Below are positions 21,401-34,020 of a stretch of DNA of 64,000 nucleotides, piece after piece. Source of the stretch: the human T2T-CHM13v2.0 reference genome, Homo sapiens; assembly GCF_009914755.1 (NCBI RefSeq), contig NC_060943.1; one strand, given 5' to 3'. Each line of letters starts with the position of its first letter. The stretch's first letter is position 1. The notes under the pieces were generated by a model, which ran no database searches, had not been told where the DNA came from, and saw only the letters and a program-made list of their open reading frames with translations. The position numbers were made by a program, and so were the translations under genes.

Positions 21401-24400
21401 ATCGGACTGTTCGACTCACCTGGCAGCCACTCCCAGAGCCCCTGGAACTCTGGCCCAAGGCTCTCTGACTGACTCCTTCCCAGATCTTCTCAGCTTAGCG
21501 GCTGAAGACTGACACTGCCCGAACGCCTCGGAAGCCCCCTAGACCATCACGGATGCTGAGCTTCCGGTAACTTTCACAGTGGAAGGTAAACCCATCCCCT
21601 TCTTAATCAATACAGAGGCTACCCACTCCACATTACCTTCTTTTCAAGGGCCTGTTTCCCTTGCCTCCATAACTGTTGCGGGTATTGATGGCCAGGCTTC
21701 TAAACCTCTTAAAACTCCCCAACTCTGGTGCCAACTTAGACAATACTCTTTTAAGTACTCCTTTTTAGTTATCCCCACCTGCCCAGTTCCCTTATTAGGC
21801 TGAGACACTTTAACTAAATTATCTGCTTCCCTGCCTATTCCTGGACTACAACTATATCTCATTGCTGCCCTTCTTCCCAATCCAAAGCCTCCTTTGCATC
21901 CTCCTCTTGTATCCCCCCACCTTAACTCACAAATATAAGATACCTCTACTCCCTCCTTGGTGACCGATCATGTACCCCTTACCATCTCATTAAAACCTAA
22001 TCACCCTTACCCCACTCAATGACAATATCCCATCCCGCAGCAGGCTTTAAAAAGATTAAAGCCTGTTATCACTCGCCTGCTACAGCATGGCCTTTTAAAG
22101 CCTATAAACTCTTCTTACAATTCCCCCATTTTACCTGTCCTAAAACCAGATAAGACTTACAATTTAGTTCAGGATCTGCGCCTTATCAACCAAATTGTTT
22201 TGCCTATCCACCCCGTGGTGCCAAACCCATATACTCTCCTATCCTCAATACCTGCCTCTACAACCCATTATTCTGTTCTAGATCTCAAACATGCTTTCTT
22301 TACTATTCCTTTGCACCCTTAATCCCAGCCTCTCTTCGCTTTCACTTGGACTGACCCTGACACCCATCAAGCTCAGCAAATTACCTAGGCTGTACTGCCG
22401 CAAAGCTTCACAGACAGCCCCCATTACTTCAATCAAGCCCAAATTTCTTCCTCATCTGTTACCTATCTCGGCATTTCTCATAAAAACCCACATGCTCTCC
22501 CTGCCAATCGTGTCCAACTGATCTCTCAAACCCAAGCACCTTCTACAAAACAACAACTACTTTCCTTCCTAGGTATGGTTAGCATGGTCAGAATTCTTAC
22601 ACAAGAGCCAGGACCACAACTTGTAGCCTTTCTGTCCAAACAACTTGACCTTACTGTTTTAGCCTAGCCCTCATGTCTGCGTGCAGCAGCTGCTGCTGCT
22701 TTAATACTTTTAGAGGCCCTCAAAATCACAAACTGTGCTCAACTCTCTCTCTACAGTTCTCATAACTTCCAAAATCTATTTTCTTCCTCATACCTGATGT
22801 ATATACTTTCTGCTTCCCGGCTCCTTCAGCTTTACTCACTCTTTGTTGCATCTCCCACAATTACCATTGTTCCTGGCCCAGACTTCAATCCAGCCTCCCA
22901 CATTATTCCTGGTACCACACCTGACCCCCATGACTGTATCTCTCTGATCCACCTGACATTCACATTTCCCCAAACTTCCTTCTTTCCTGTTCCTCACCCT
23001 GATCACACTTGATTTATTGATGGCGGTTACACCAGGCCTAATCGCCACACACCAGCAAAGGCAGGTGATGCTATAGTACAAGCCACTAGCTTGCCTCTTA
23101 GAACCTCTCATTTCCTTCCCATTGTGGAAATCTATCCTCAAGGAAATAACTTCTCAGTGTTCCATCTGCTATTCTACTACTCCTCAGGGATTATTCAGGC
23201 CCCCTCCCTTCCCTACACATCAAGCTCGAGGATTTGCCCCACCCAGGACTGGCAAATTAGCTTTACTCAACATGACCTGAGTCAGGTAACTAAAACACCT
23301 CTTAGTCTAGGTAGACACTTTCACTGGATAGGTACAGGCCTTTCCTACAGGGTCTGAGAAGGCCACCACAGTCATTTCTTCCATTCTGTTAGATATAATT
23401 CCTCAGTTTAGCCTTCCCGCCTCTATACAGTCTGATAACAGATGAGCCTTTATTAGTCAAATCAGCCAAGCAGTTTTTCAGGCTCTTAGTATTCAGTGAA
23501 ACCTTTATATCCCTTATGGTCCTCCATCTTCAAGAAAAGTAGAATGGACTAAAGGTCTTTTAAAAACACACCTCACCAAGCTCAGCCACCAACTTAAAAA
23601 GGACTGGACAATACTTTTACCACTTTCCCTTCTCAGAATTCAGGCCTGTCCTCAGAATGCTACAGGGTACAGCCCATTTAAGCTCCTGTATAGACGCTCC
23701 TTTTTATTAGGCCCCAGTCTCATTCCAGACACCAGACCAACTTAGACTGTGCCCCCGAAAAACTTGTCATCCCTACTATCTTCTGTCTAGTCATACTCCT
23801 ATTCACCTTTCTCAACTACTCATACATGCCCTGCTCTTGTTTACACTGCCAGTTTACACTGTTTTTCCAAGCCATCACAGCTGATATCTCCTGGTGCTAT
23901 CCCCAAACTGCCACTCTTAACTCTTGAAGTAAATAAATAATCTTTGCTGGCAGGACTATGCTGAATCTCCTTAGGCATTCTCTAATCAGATATCCTGAGT
24001 CATCCCAATTCTTAGACCTTTTATACCTGTTTTTCTCCTTCTGTTATTCCATTTAGTTTCTCAATTCATCCAAAACCATATCCAGGCCATCACCAATCAT
24101 TCTATACGACAAATGTTTCTTCTAACAACCCCACAATATCACCCCTTACCACAAGACCTCCCTTCAGCTTAATCTCTCCCACTCTAGGTTCCCACGCCGC
24201 CCCAATCCCGCTTGAAGCAGCCCTGAGAAACATCGCCCATTCTCTCTCCATATCACCCCCCAAAAATTTTCACCGCCCCAACACTTCAACACCATTTTGT
24301 TTTATTTTTCTTATTAATATAAGAAGGCAGGAATGTCAGGTCTCTGAGCCCAAGCCAAGCCATCGCATCCCCTGTGACTTGCATGTATATGCCCAGATGG

Positions 24401-24786
24401 CCTGAAGTAACTGAAAAATCACAAAAGAAGTGAATATGCCCTGCCCCACCTTAACTGATGACATTCCACCACAAAAGAAGTGTAAATGGCCTGTCCTTGC
24501 TTTAAGTGATGACATTACCTTGTGAAAGTCATTTTCCTGGCTCATCCTGGCTCAAAAAGCACCCCCACTGAGCACCTTGCGACCCCCACTCTTGCCCGCC
24601 AGAGAACAAACCCCCTTTGACTGGAATTTTCCTTTATCTACCCAAATCCTATAAAACGGCCCCACCCTTATCTCCCTTCACTGACTCTCTTTTCAGACTC
24701 AGCCCACCTGCACCCAGGTGAAATAAACAGCCATGTTGCTCACACAAAGCCTGTTTGGTGGTCTCTTCACACGGATGTGCATGAAA
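18435..24786 (+). mobile_element. HERV-H provirus (defective) with the 5' LTR collapsed to 31 bp and an intact 3' LTR7 at 24334-24786
   Basis: 5-bp TSD GCCTC (18430-18434 and 24787-24791). tRNA-His-type PBS TGGTGCCATGACTCGG at 18468. Gag CCHC knuckle CYTCQKSGHWAKEC. Dead protease site (FLINTEATHS). RT remnants LVQDLRLINQ and LDLKHAFFTIPL with stops. PPT aagaaggcaggaa at 24321-24333. Confidence 0.93.
19838..20800 (-). mobile_element. Solo HERV-K(HML-2) LTR, LTR5_Hs-like, inserted in HERV-H gag
   Basis: The minus strand starts TGTGGGGAAAAGCAAGAGAGATCAGATTGT and ends GGGGCAACCCACCCCTACA, 963 bp in all. TSD TCCCC at 19833-19837 and 20801-20805. Confidence 0.92.
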
Positions 24787-24941
24787 GCCTCCAGTGGTAT
24801 ACTGAGTTGGTCAGGACCCCCATTTTCTCTGCGTCCAACATCCCCAGTTCTCCTCTTTGGTGATTGAGTGGTTCAGGGAAACTGGCCTTTGTAAGAACTG
24901 AGAATCTAAATTAATGCAATTTAAACCTTTGACTGTGTATG

Positions 24942-25409
24942 TGAGAGGAGAGAAAGACCCTCTCACATTGTTTTATATTGTTTTATATTCAGTAAAAACA
25001 ACAAGGAAGTAAAACCAAAGACAGGCAGCCTGGCGCCAGGCCTGAAACCAGGCCTGGGCCCACCTGGCCTAAACCCAGTAGTTAAAAATCAACTTATGAT
25101 TTAGAAGCTGATGTTATTCATAGATTCCTTACATTGTATAGAAGAACACGGTGAAACTCCCTGCCCTGTTCTGTTCCTCCCTGACCACCGGTGCATGCAG
25201 CCCCTGTCATGTACCCCTTGCTTGCTCACATCAATCACGACCCTTTCATGTGAAATCTTTAGTGTTGTGAGCCCTTAAAAGGGCAGAAATTGTGCACTCA
25301 GGGAGCTCAGATTTTGAGACAGTAGCTGGCCGATGCTCCCAGCTGAATAAAGCCCTTCCTTCTACAACTCGGTGTCTGAGAGATTTTGTCTGCGGCTCAT
25401 CCTGCTACA
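24942..25409 (+). mobile_element. Solo LTR2-family (HERV-E/Harlequin-type) LTR
   Basis: TG...CA ends, an internal AATAAA and the characteristic 3' end CTCGGTGTCTGAGAG..TTTTGTCTGCGGCTC.TCCTGCTACA. Imperfect 4-bp TSD TATG/TGTG. Confidence 0.7.
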
Positions 25410-27095
25410 TGTGAAGTGCAGCAGGGGATTCCAGTCAGCAAAGGAGATGCTGAAGGATCTCCCCGAGTGAATGGTGTTTGCTTACTCTTTATAAGTTAAT
25501 GTATCAGGATAGGGGATAGTTGCTACAAGAGAAATAAGAGCTGGAAAAGAAAAATGCCAATCCAACTGCCAGACTGACCCTGGCCCAATGCCAGGCCTAT
25601 GTCTTAACTGTTCAGACTCAAAGATATCAGCCTATTGATGAAAAAAGTGGCTGTCCCAATGGCCCCATCAGGGTAAAATTGAAGAACTAGTCAGTCAGGT
25701 CTTGGAGCAGGTAAAAACACAGCTCCTATCTCAAGGATGGGAAATTAACCTTAGTAAAATTCAAGGACAAATTGTAAAATTCCTTGGCATCCTGCACAAA
25801 CTATAAAATTCCTTGGCATCCTATGAAATGCAGGGAAATAGTCCATTTTACCAAAGACTAAGGCTAAAATACTAAAAATTGCAACCCTTACCACTAAAAA
25901 GGAGGACTAGAAATTTATTGGCTTGTTTGGATTCGGGAGACATTATATTCACCACTTGGGTAACATTTTACAACCTCTGCATGCAGTCACTAGAAAATGC
26001 TGTGACTTTCACTGGGGAGAGAAAGAGAGCATGGCTTTTGAACAAGCTAAACAAGCAGTGCAACTGGCCCTGGACCTATGGCCCATATGAGATGGGCCAG
26101 TAGAACTGCAAATAACTGTCCTAAATCAACATGCTAATTGGAGCCTTAGGCAGAAACAAGATGGGAAGAGGGTACACTTTGGGTTTTGAACCCAGAAATT
26201 GCCAGAGGCCAGCAAAGCTTATACCCCTTTCAAGAAGCAATTGTTACCTTGCTATTGGGCTTTGCTGGAAATGGAACACCTCTGCTTCAACCGTGATGTC
26301 TTTATAAGGTCTGAAATTCCTATTATGACTTGAGTCATGAGTTCCCCCAAAACTCACCAAATAGGGCATGCCCAAGAAAGTAACATCATAAAATGGAAAT
26401 ACAACATAGAAGACCAGGCTAAGCCAAAACCAAAGGGGGTATCATTTTTACATGAGGATGTACAAAACTTGCCAGCTCAGGAAACCACTGAGGAAGTGCT
26501 GCACATAGGGAAGGAAACCGCCCCTCCCCCCACTCAATGGTGCAGTTCCTTTAAAGAACTAAGCCCAGAGGATCAGAAACATGCTTGGTTTACTGATCGA
26601 TCCAGCAAACATATTGGTGGGACCCAATGCTGGAAGGGCATGGCTTATAATCCTGTTAAAAACGTAAGCATTTCTGATGAAGGAAGGGGTGGGAGCAGCC
26701 AGTTAGCTGAACTAGTAGCCAACCTCCAAGATATTCAGGAGGAAGCCAGAGGGATTTGTCACTTGTATACCAACTCTTGGTCAGTAGCAAATGGTCTTAC
26801 TACCTGGATGCTCCAATAGTGACAAAACAAATGGTTAATTGGGAATAAAGAGGTTTGGGGAAAAAAATACTGAGAAGATATCTGAATCCTGGTGCACACT
26901 ACCATTGTTGCTGTTTTCCATGTTGATGCTCATCCATCTCTGCTTTCTCTTGACAGACTATTTAATCACCAGGAAGATCAACAGGCCAAAATTTTTATTA
27001 TAACTGCAAACTTGAATGCGGATGAATTGATTTCCTGTTCAAGCCTTGCAATGACTGGCATTATAATGTGTGGTGGTATAATTGATAGTGATTAG

Positions 27096-28125
27096 TGGCC
27101 TAAATATTCCACTTAAAAGATACAGAATGGTAGAATGGAGAAGAGTTTACCAACCAAATATCTGCGGTCTTTAAGAGACTCACCCAACACATAAAAACTC
27201 ACATAAAGTTAAGGTAAAGGGTTGGGAAAAGATAGTCATGCAAATGTACCCCAAAAGCAAGCAGTAGTAGCCATTCTTACATCAGACAAAACAGACATTA
27301 AAGCAAAAACAGTTAAAAATAAAAAAAGACAAAGAGGGACATTATATAATGATAAAAGGACTAGTCCAACAGGAAAATATCACAATTCTAAATATATATG
27401 CACCTAACACTGGAGCTCCCAGTTTATTAAACAATTACTACTAGACCTAAGAAATGAGATAAATGGCAACACAATAATAATGGGGAACTTCAATACTCTA
27501 CTGACAGCACTAGACAAGTCATCATGACAGAAAGTCAACAACAACAACAACAACAAAAACAATGGACTTAAACTATACCGTAGAACAAATGGACTTGACA
27601 AATATTTACAGAACATTCCACACAACAACTGCAGAATATACATTTCATTCATCAGCATATGAATCATTCCCTAAGACAGACATATGATGGGCCACAAAAC
27701 AAGTCTCGATAAATTTAAGACAATCAAAATTATATCAACTACTCTGTCAGACTACAGTGGAATAAAAGTGAAAACTCCAAGTGAACCCTCAAAACCATGC
27801 AAATCCATGGAAATTAAATAAATACATGGAAATTAAATAAAAATAAAATTTAGGATCAACTTGTTTCTGAATGATTGTTGTATGAAATCAAGATGGAAAT
27901 TTAAAAATTCTTTGAGCTGAACGATAATAATGACAATCTATTAAAATGTCTGGGATACAGCAAAAGTCGTGCTAAAAGGAAAGTTCATAGCATCAAGTGC
28001 CTACTAAAAAGTCTGAAAGCTCATAAGTAGACAATCTAAGATAACACCTCAAGGAACTAGAGAAACAAGAACAAGCCAAACCCAAACCCAGTAGAAAAAA
28101 AGAAATAACAAAGATCAGAGCAGAA
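27096..28125 (+). mobile_element. L1 ORF2 endonuclease-region fragment (degenerate)
   Basis: Remnant translation AVVAILTSDKTDIKAKTV and L1 motifs such as aatatatatgcacctaacactggagctccc. Confidence 0.8.
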
Positions 28126-29571
28126 CCCTAGGGGGAGGGGTGGCTGCAGTCTCTGTGGACCAGCAGACTTAGCCTTTCCTCCTGCTAGTTTTGAAGAATT
28201 TGAGCAGCCCAGATGAGTGGATTTTCCCCCAGTGAAACACCCCCCTCCACCAAAGGACAGTCAAAGTGCTTCATTAAATGAGTTCTGCTTCCTGTGCCAC
28301 CCAACTGGATGAGACCCTTCAACAGGGATTGTCAGACACCCTATAGAGGAGCAATTCTACTGGCATCAGGTTTGTGCCTCTTGAGGTCAGAGATCCCAGA
28401 GGAAGGAGCGGGCACTCTTCTTTGCTGTTCTCCAACTTCCTTGAGTGACATCTCCAGGCACGGCGGTGAACCAGATGAATAGGTCCTGAAGTTAGCCCCT
28501 AGCAAACTGCAGCAGCGCTACAGAAGATGGACCTGACCATTGAAAGAAAAACAAACAGAAAGCAACAATGCATCAACAAGAAAAAAATGTACCCACAAAA
28601 ACCTCATCCAAAGCCACACATGGTGGCTCACACCTGTAACCCAATACTTTGGGAGGCCGAGGCAGTGGGCAGAGCACTTGAGGTCACGAGTTCGAGACTA
28701 GCCTGGCCAACATGGTGAAACCTTGTCTCTACTAAAAAATACAAAAAAAAATAGCCAGGCGTGGTGGTGCATGCCTGTAGTCCCAGCTACTAGGTAGTCT
28801 GAGACATGAGAATCACTTGAACCTGGGAGGCAGAATTTGCAGTGAGCTGCGATTGTGCCACTGCACTCCAGCCTGAGTGACAGAGAGAGAGACTGTTAAA
28901 AAAAAAAAATCCAAGTGTCAGAAGCCTCAAAGATCGAAACTAGACAAACTCATGAAGATGAGAAAGAATCAACAAAAAACAGCTGAAAGGCCAGAGTGCC
29001 TCTTCTCTTCCAAATGATCAAAATGTCTCTTCAGCAAGGTGCAGAACTGGACAGAAGATGAGATGCATGAATTGATAGAAGTAGGCTTCAGAAGATGGTT
29101 AATAACAAACTCTGCTGAGCTAAAGAAACATGTTCAAACCCAATTTGAAGAAGCTAAGAACCTCGATAAAAGGTTAGAGGAACTGTTAACTAGAATAACC
29201 AGTTTGGAGAGGAACATAAGAGGATGAGATGCATGAATTCACAGAAGTAGGCTTCAGAAGACGGTTAATAACAAACTCTGCTGAGCTAAAGAAACATGTT
29301 TGAACCCAATTTGAAGAAGCTAAGAACCTTGATAAAAGGTTAGAGGAACTGCTAACTAGAATAACCAGTTTGGAGAGGAACATAAGAGGATGAGATGCAT
29401 GAATTCACAGAAGTAGGCCTCAGAAGATGGTTAATAACAAACTCTGCTGAGCTAAAGAAACATGTTCGAACCCAATTTGAAGAAGCTAAGAACCTTGATA
29501 AAAGGTTAGAGGAACTGCTAACTAGAATAAACAGTTTGGAGAGGAACATAAATGACCTGATGGAGCTGAAA
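28126..29571 (+). mobile_element. Older L1PA 5'UTR/ORF1 N-terminal fragment with an Alu inserted (~28610-28909)
   Basis: ORF1p-like QNWTEDEM.EL.EVGFRRWLITNSAELKKHV.TQFEEAKNLDKRLEELLTRI.SLERNINDLMELK. Confidence 0.8.
29054..29551 (+). repeat. Tandem triplication of a 166-bp unit within the L1 ORF1 coiled-coil region
   Basis: GATGAGATGCATGAATT recurs at 29057, 29223 and 29389, a period of 166. The copies are nearly identical. Confidence 0.93.
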
Positions 29572-30599
29572 TGTTTGGCATGAGGCCCAGTCACTAGGGC
29601 CCTTTGCGACTGGGCTCAAGGAACACAAAAACGTTATCTTGTTTTTCAATAACTAACATATAGGAATAGATTGAAACAGAGATTTCTCTGAAATGACACT
29701 ACATGAATGCCTCAATGAATGCCTCAAGGGGGTCACACAACCGGTTCTGAGACTTGGTGACCATTGTTTGTGTCTGTGTTCAATTTATTTCAAAATTAAT
29801 ATTTAACTTTTCCTCCACAAATTCCCCTGTCTTGATGAATGGGCTCTGTCTAGGCAAAAGGCCTGTCTTTATGAATCAGCTCTGTCTAGACAAAAGGCAA
29901 GGTAAAACCCTTGGGCTGTTACACAACCTCCGCCTCCTGGGTTCAAGCGATTCTCTTGCCTCAGCCTCCGGAGTAGCTGGGACTACAAGTGCACACCAGC
30001 ACACCCAGATAATTTTTTGTATTTTTAGTAGAAATGGGGTTTCACCATGTTGGCCAGGCTGGTCTTGAACTCCTGACTCAAGTTATCCGCCCACCTTGGC
30101 CTCCCAAAGTGCTGGAATTAGAGGCGTGAGCCACTGCGCCTGGTTCTAAATGATTTCTATTTCCTGTAACAATTTGAAATTACTTAAAGGTTGTTTCAAA
30201 TTGAAAAAAAGAATGTAGATAAAATATAAAAAGTTAAAAAAATTACAAGTGATTATGAAATATATGTGTAAATCTCGAGAGGTCAAAAGTGACAAATCTG
30301 ATTTATATATAAGGTTTTATTAAAATTAGCTTTAGTATTGATAATACACTATTACCAAAGTAAAAGTTGATTTTCTAACAAAAATTTTATGTATTATTAA
30401 TATGACAGCAAAATACTTCTGTTCACCTTTTGAATACATGCAAAAAGAGAGAGAGTAAAAAAGAGATAGAATTTTCCCTTGCTCTAGGGTGGGCCTGGCT
30501 CAGCTCAGGGAGGAAGCCCTGCCTGAAAAGGCTGCAGCTTAGGCTGTTACTCTTTCATCACTCAGCCCAGCATCTGATCACATCCTCTGTCACTCAGGG

Positions 30600-30700
30600 A
30601 CTGAGTGGGCGGGGCCTTAAGCATTATCCAATCAGAGACGCTGGGCTGGAAACCGTCCAATCAGGCAGGCAGCTGGAGCAAAGAGGACGGCTTCCGGGTT
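30600..30700 (+). promoter_or_regulatory. ZNF486: ZNF486 core promoter: GC box, tandem CCAAT boxes and ETS motif
   Basis: GGGCGGGG at 30607-30614, CCAATCAG at 30628 and 30657 (29 bp apart), and CTTCCGG at 30691-30697, all upstream of the CpG-rich exon 1. Confidence 0.75.
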
Positions 30701-30830
30701 TGGCGCGGCCTTTGTCTCTCGCTGCATCTGGAGCTCTAGGTCGCCTCTTCGCTACTCTGTGTCCTCTGCTCCTAGAGGCCCACCCTCTGTGGCCCTGTGT
30801 CCTGTAGGTATTGGGAGATCCACAGCCAAG

Positions 30831-30860
30831 ATGCCGGGACCCCTTAGAAGCCTAGAAATG
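30831..30860 (+). CDS. ZNF486: ZNF486 coding exon 1 (MPGPLRSLEM)
   Basis: ATG at 30831 in context gccaagATG, donor GTGAGA at 30861, phase 0. This is a typical ZNF91-family first exon. Confidence 0.88.
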
Positions 30861-31330
30861 GTGAGAGTGCCCATTGGACATCCTGAGAGAGGGGAGGGAC
30901 TGGTTGATGGGAAGTGGCTGTGGAGGGACTCAGGCCTCCCCGTAGTCAGCTCCACAATCTGCGTCCGGACTTCTCCTTACCCAGCTCGGCCTCAGTCCCC
31001 TTCAGCCATAAGATGGTGGCTGCGCTGACAGCCGGTCCCGGGGCGTCCTGTCTCTTCCCTGCGCAGTGACCGTGCCCTGGCCTGGCGCCCTCTCTGTGCA
31101 GCAGCTCTCCACCCGCAGCTTCGGGTCTCTCCCAGATGGTGCGGGAACCACGAGAAGGTCATCAGGGGAGAATCTTGACTCGGGGTGCGGGTTCACGATT
31201 CGGAAGAGCTTTGGTCCGTGGGGTTCACAGTTTCTCTTTTCTTTTGTTAAAAATTTATGGGGCCGGGCGCGGTGGTTGACGTCTGTAATCCCAGCATTTT
31301 GGGAGGCGAAGGCTGGCGGATCACTTGAGG

Positions 31331-31578
31331 TAAAGGGTTGCTAGGACAACTAAATTCCTCTTCAAAGACTCAACTTCCTGATCAGAAGTTGTAAAAGTTG
31401 TAAAACAACCCTACCCCTTTTTCTCCCTTTTCCTTTTCTCGCAAATCGCTCGTTTATCCTATTTGGAAAAAGTTTGGGTCTAAGCCAACCGGGATCAGCT
31501 TAGATTGTGCGGTCTGACCCCAGCCAATAGGGGAAGGACACAAAAACAAAAACTACGTTGGGGTTAAAAACCCATTCC
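31331..31578 (+). mobile_element. LTR-like fragment truncating an Alu (31261-31330)
   Basis: Non-Alu sequence with CCAAT and a TATA-like ggttaaaaa, absent from the paralogous arm. The family was not identified. Confidence 0.4.
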
Positions 31579-31748
31579 TGGTCGGGCGCGGTGGCTCACG
31601 CCTGTAATCCCAGCATTTTGAGAGACCTAGGCGGGAGGATCTTGTGGTCAGGAGTTCTAGACCATCCTGGCCAACACCGTGAACCCCGTCTCTACTAAAA
31701 ATACAAAAATTAGCCAGGTGTGGTGGCAGGCACCTGTAATCCCAGCTA

Positions 31749-32193
<445 letters not shown>

Positions 32194-32319
32194 TTATGTA
32201 AACACTGTTTGAGTAATTTCACTGGATTTTTCAAACACTTAGTTTCAAAAACCAAGTGAATAACACTGACATGGAAATTAAAGCTTGAACCTAGTAATTC
32301 CAAGCTAAGGCTAATATGA

Positions 32320-32676
<357 letters not shown>

Positions 32677-33363
32677 TGATCTCGGCTCACCGCATCCTCT
32701 ACCTCCTGGGTTCAAGGGATTTTCCTACCTCAGCCTCTGGAGTTACTGGGATTGCAGGCACGCGCCGTCACGCCCGGCTAATTATGTGTGTTTACTAGGG
32801 GTTTCTCCATGTTGGTCAGGCTGGTCTCTAACTCCCAACCTCAGGTGATCCATCCGCCTTGGCCTCCCAAAGTGCTGGGATTACATGCTTGCGCCACCGC
32901 GCCCGGCCAACAGGAGGTTATTAAAGGCCTAGTTAGTTTTTTCTGGGGAGCCTCGCCTGCAGATGTCCCAGCCTGCTCACCCCACCCATGGAAGGAGCCT
33001 TTATCCTGAGAGAAGCTACGGAGCCCTGGAAAGCTGGAGCCCCACAGGTAGTTAAGATTAAGGTGAAAGGAAACTGGGAGGGTCTTACTGATAATAAAGC
33101 TATTGTTTTGAGGCACTTTTTAGACTTTTTAAGATAAAAACGTCAGATTTATGTAAAAAAATGAATTAGTATTGGAACAGGAGAAAGTACCAACTAATTA
33201 TAAGGTCTCTGTGGCTTGCAAAAATGTAGGCAGAAAAGGGCTTTTTTCCTAGGGAGGAGCAAACGAGATTAGAAAAAAGCGGGGAGGGGAATGACAAATG
33301 GAGGGTGAAAAAGTCAGATTTTAGCTCAGAGAATGTCTTACCCTGAAATCACCGTGTTCTTAG

Positions 33364-33618
<255 letters not shown>

Positions 33619-33828
33619 TGACCTCTGACCTTGTGATCCGCCCGCCTCGGCCTCCCGAAGTGCTGGGATTACAGGCGTGAGCCACCGCGCCCGGCCAAAA
33701 TGGGGTGTATGTTGACTCAGACTGAGGGTAGCTCAAAATTCAGGAGCCTGAGGGAGGGAGATAAATAAAGTTTGATTAAGAAATATTTTATTTTAGGCCA
33801 GGCGCGATGGCTCACGCTTGTAATCCTA

Positions 33829-34020
<192 letters not shown>

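Larger units (their letters stand above)
17730..24840 (-). mobile_element. Solo LTR3-family (HML-6) LTR split by an Alu (~17821-18135) and the HERV-H provirus
   Basis: The minus strand begins TGTTGGACGC..CAACTCAGTATACCACTGGAGGC|TATATG..TTCTCATGAAAGCAGGATGTTGG, resembling LTR3. The two parts (17730-18434 and 24787-24840) rejoin at the HERV-H TSD. TCCCCA flanks both ends (17724-17729 and 24841-24846). Confidence 0.7.
17003..27095 (+). mobile_element. Degenerate ERVL-class provirus (LTR66/HERVL66-like 5' LTR at 17003-17620 plus internal sequence) hosting nested elements
   Basis: The LTR starts TGTGGAGGAAAAGTTAAAT and is followed by a PBS-like TGGCGTCACGAACAGGAT (17625-17642). Internal sequence resumes after 24841. 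The pol RNase H remnant WFTDRSS..SSQLAELVA..CHLYTNSWSVANGL is in ORF 26337-26819. The family name is recalled, not verified. Confidence 0.65.

Noticed and set aside
21156-23700. Coding-competent HERV-H gag/pro/pol
   Set aside because: Many stops and frameshifts, the protease DTG motif is mutated to NTE, and the promoter LTR is deleted.
29054-29551. CRISPR-like array or repeat-protein gene
   Set aside because: There are no unique spacers, the units are contiguous L1 ORF1 copies out of frame, and the context is eukaryotic.
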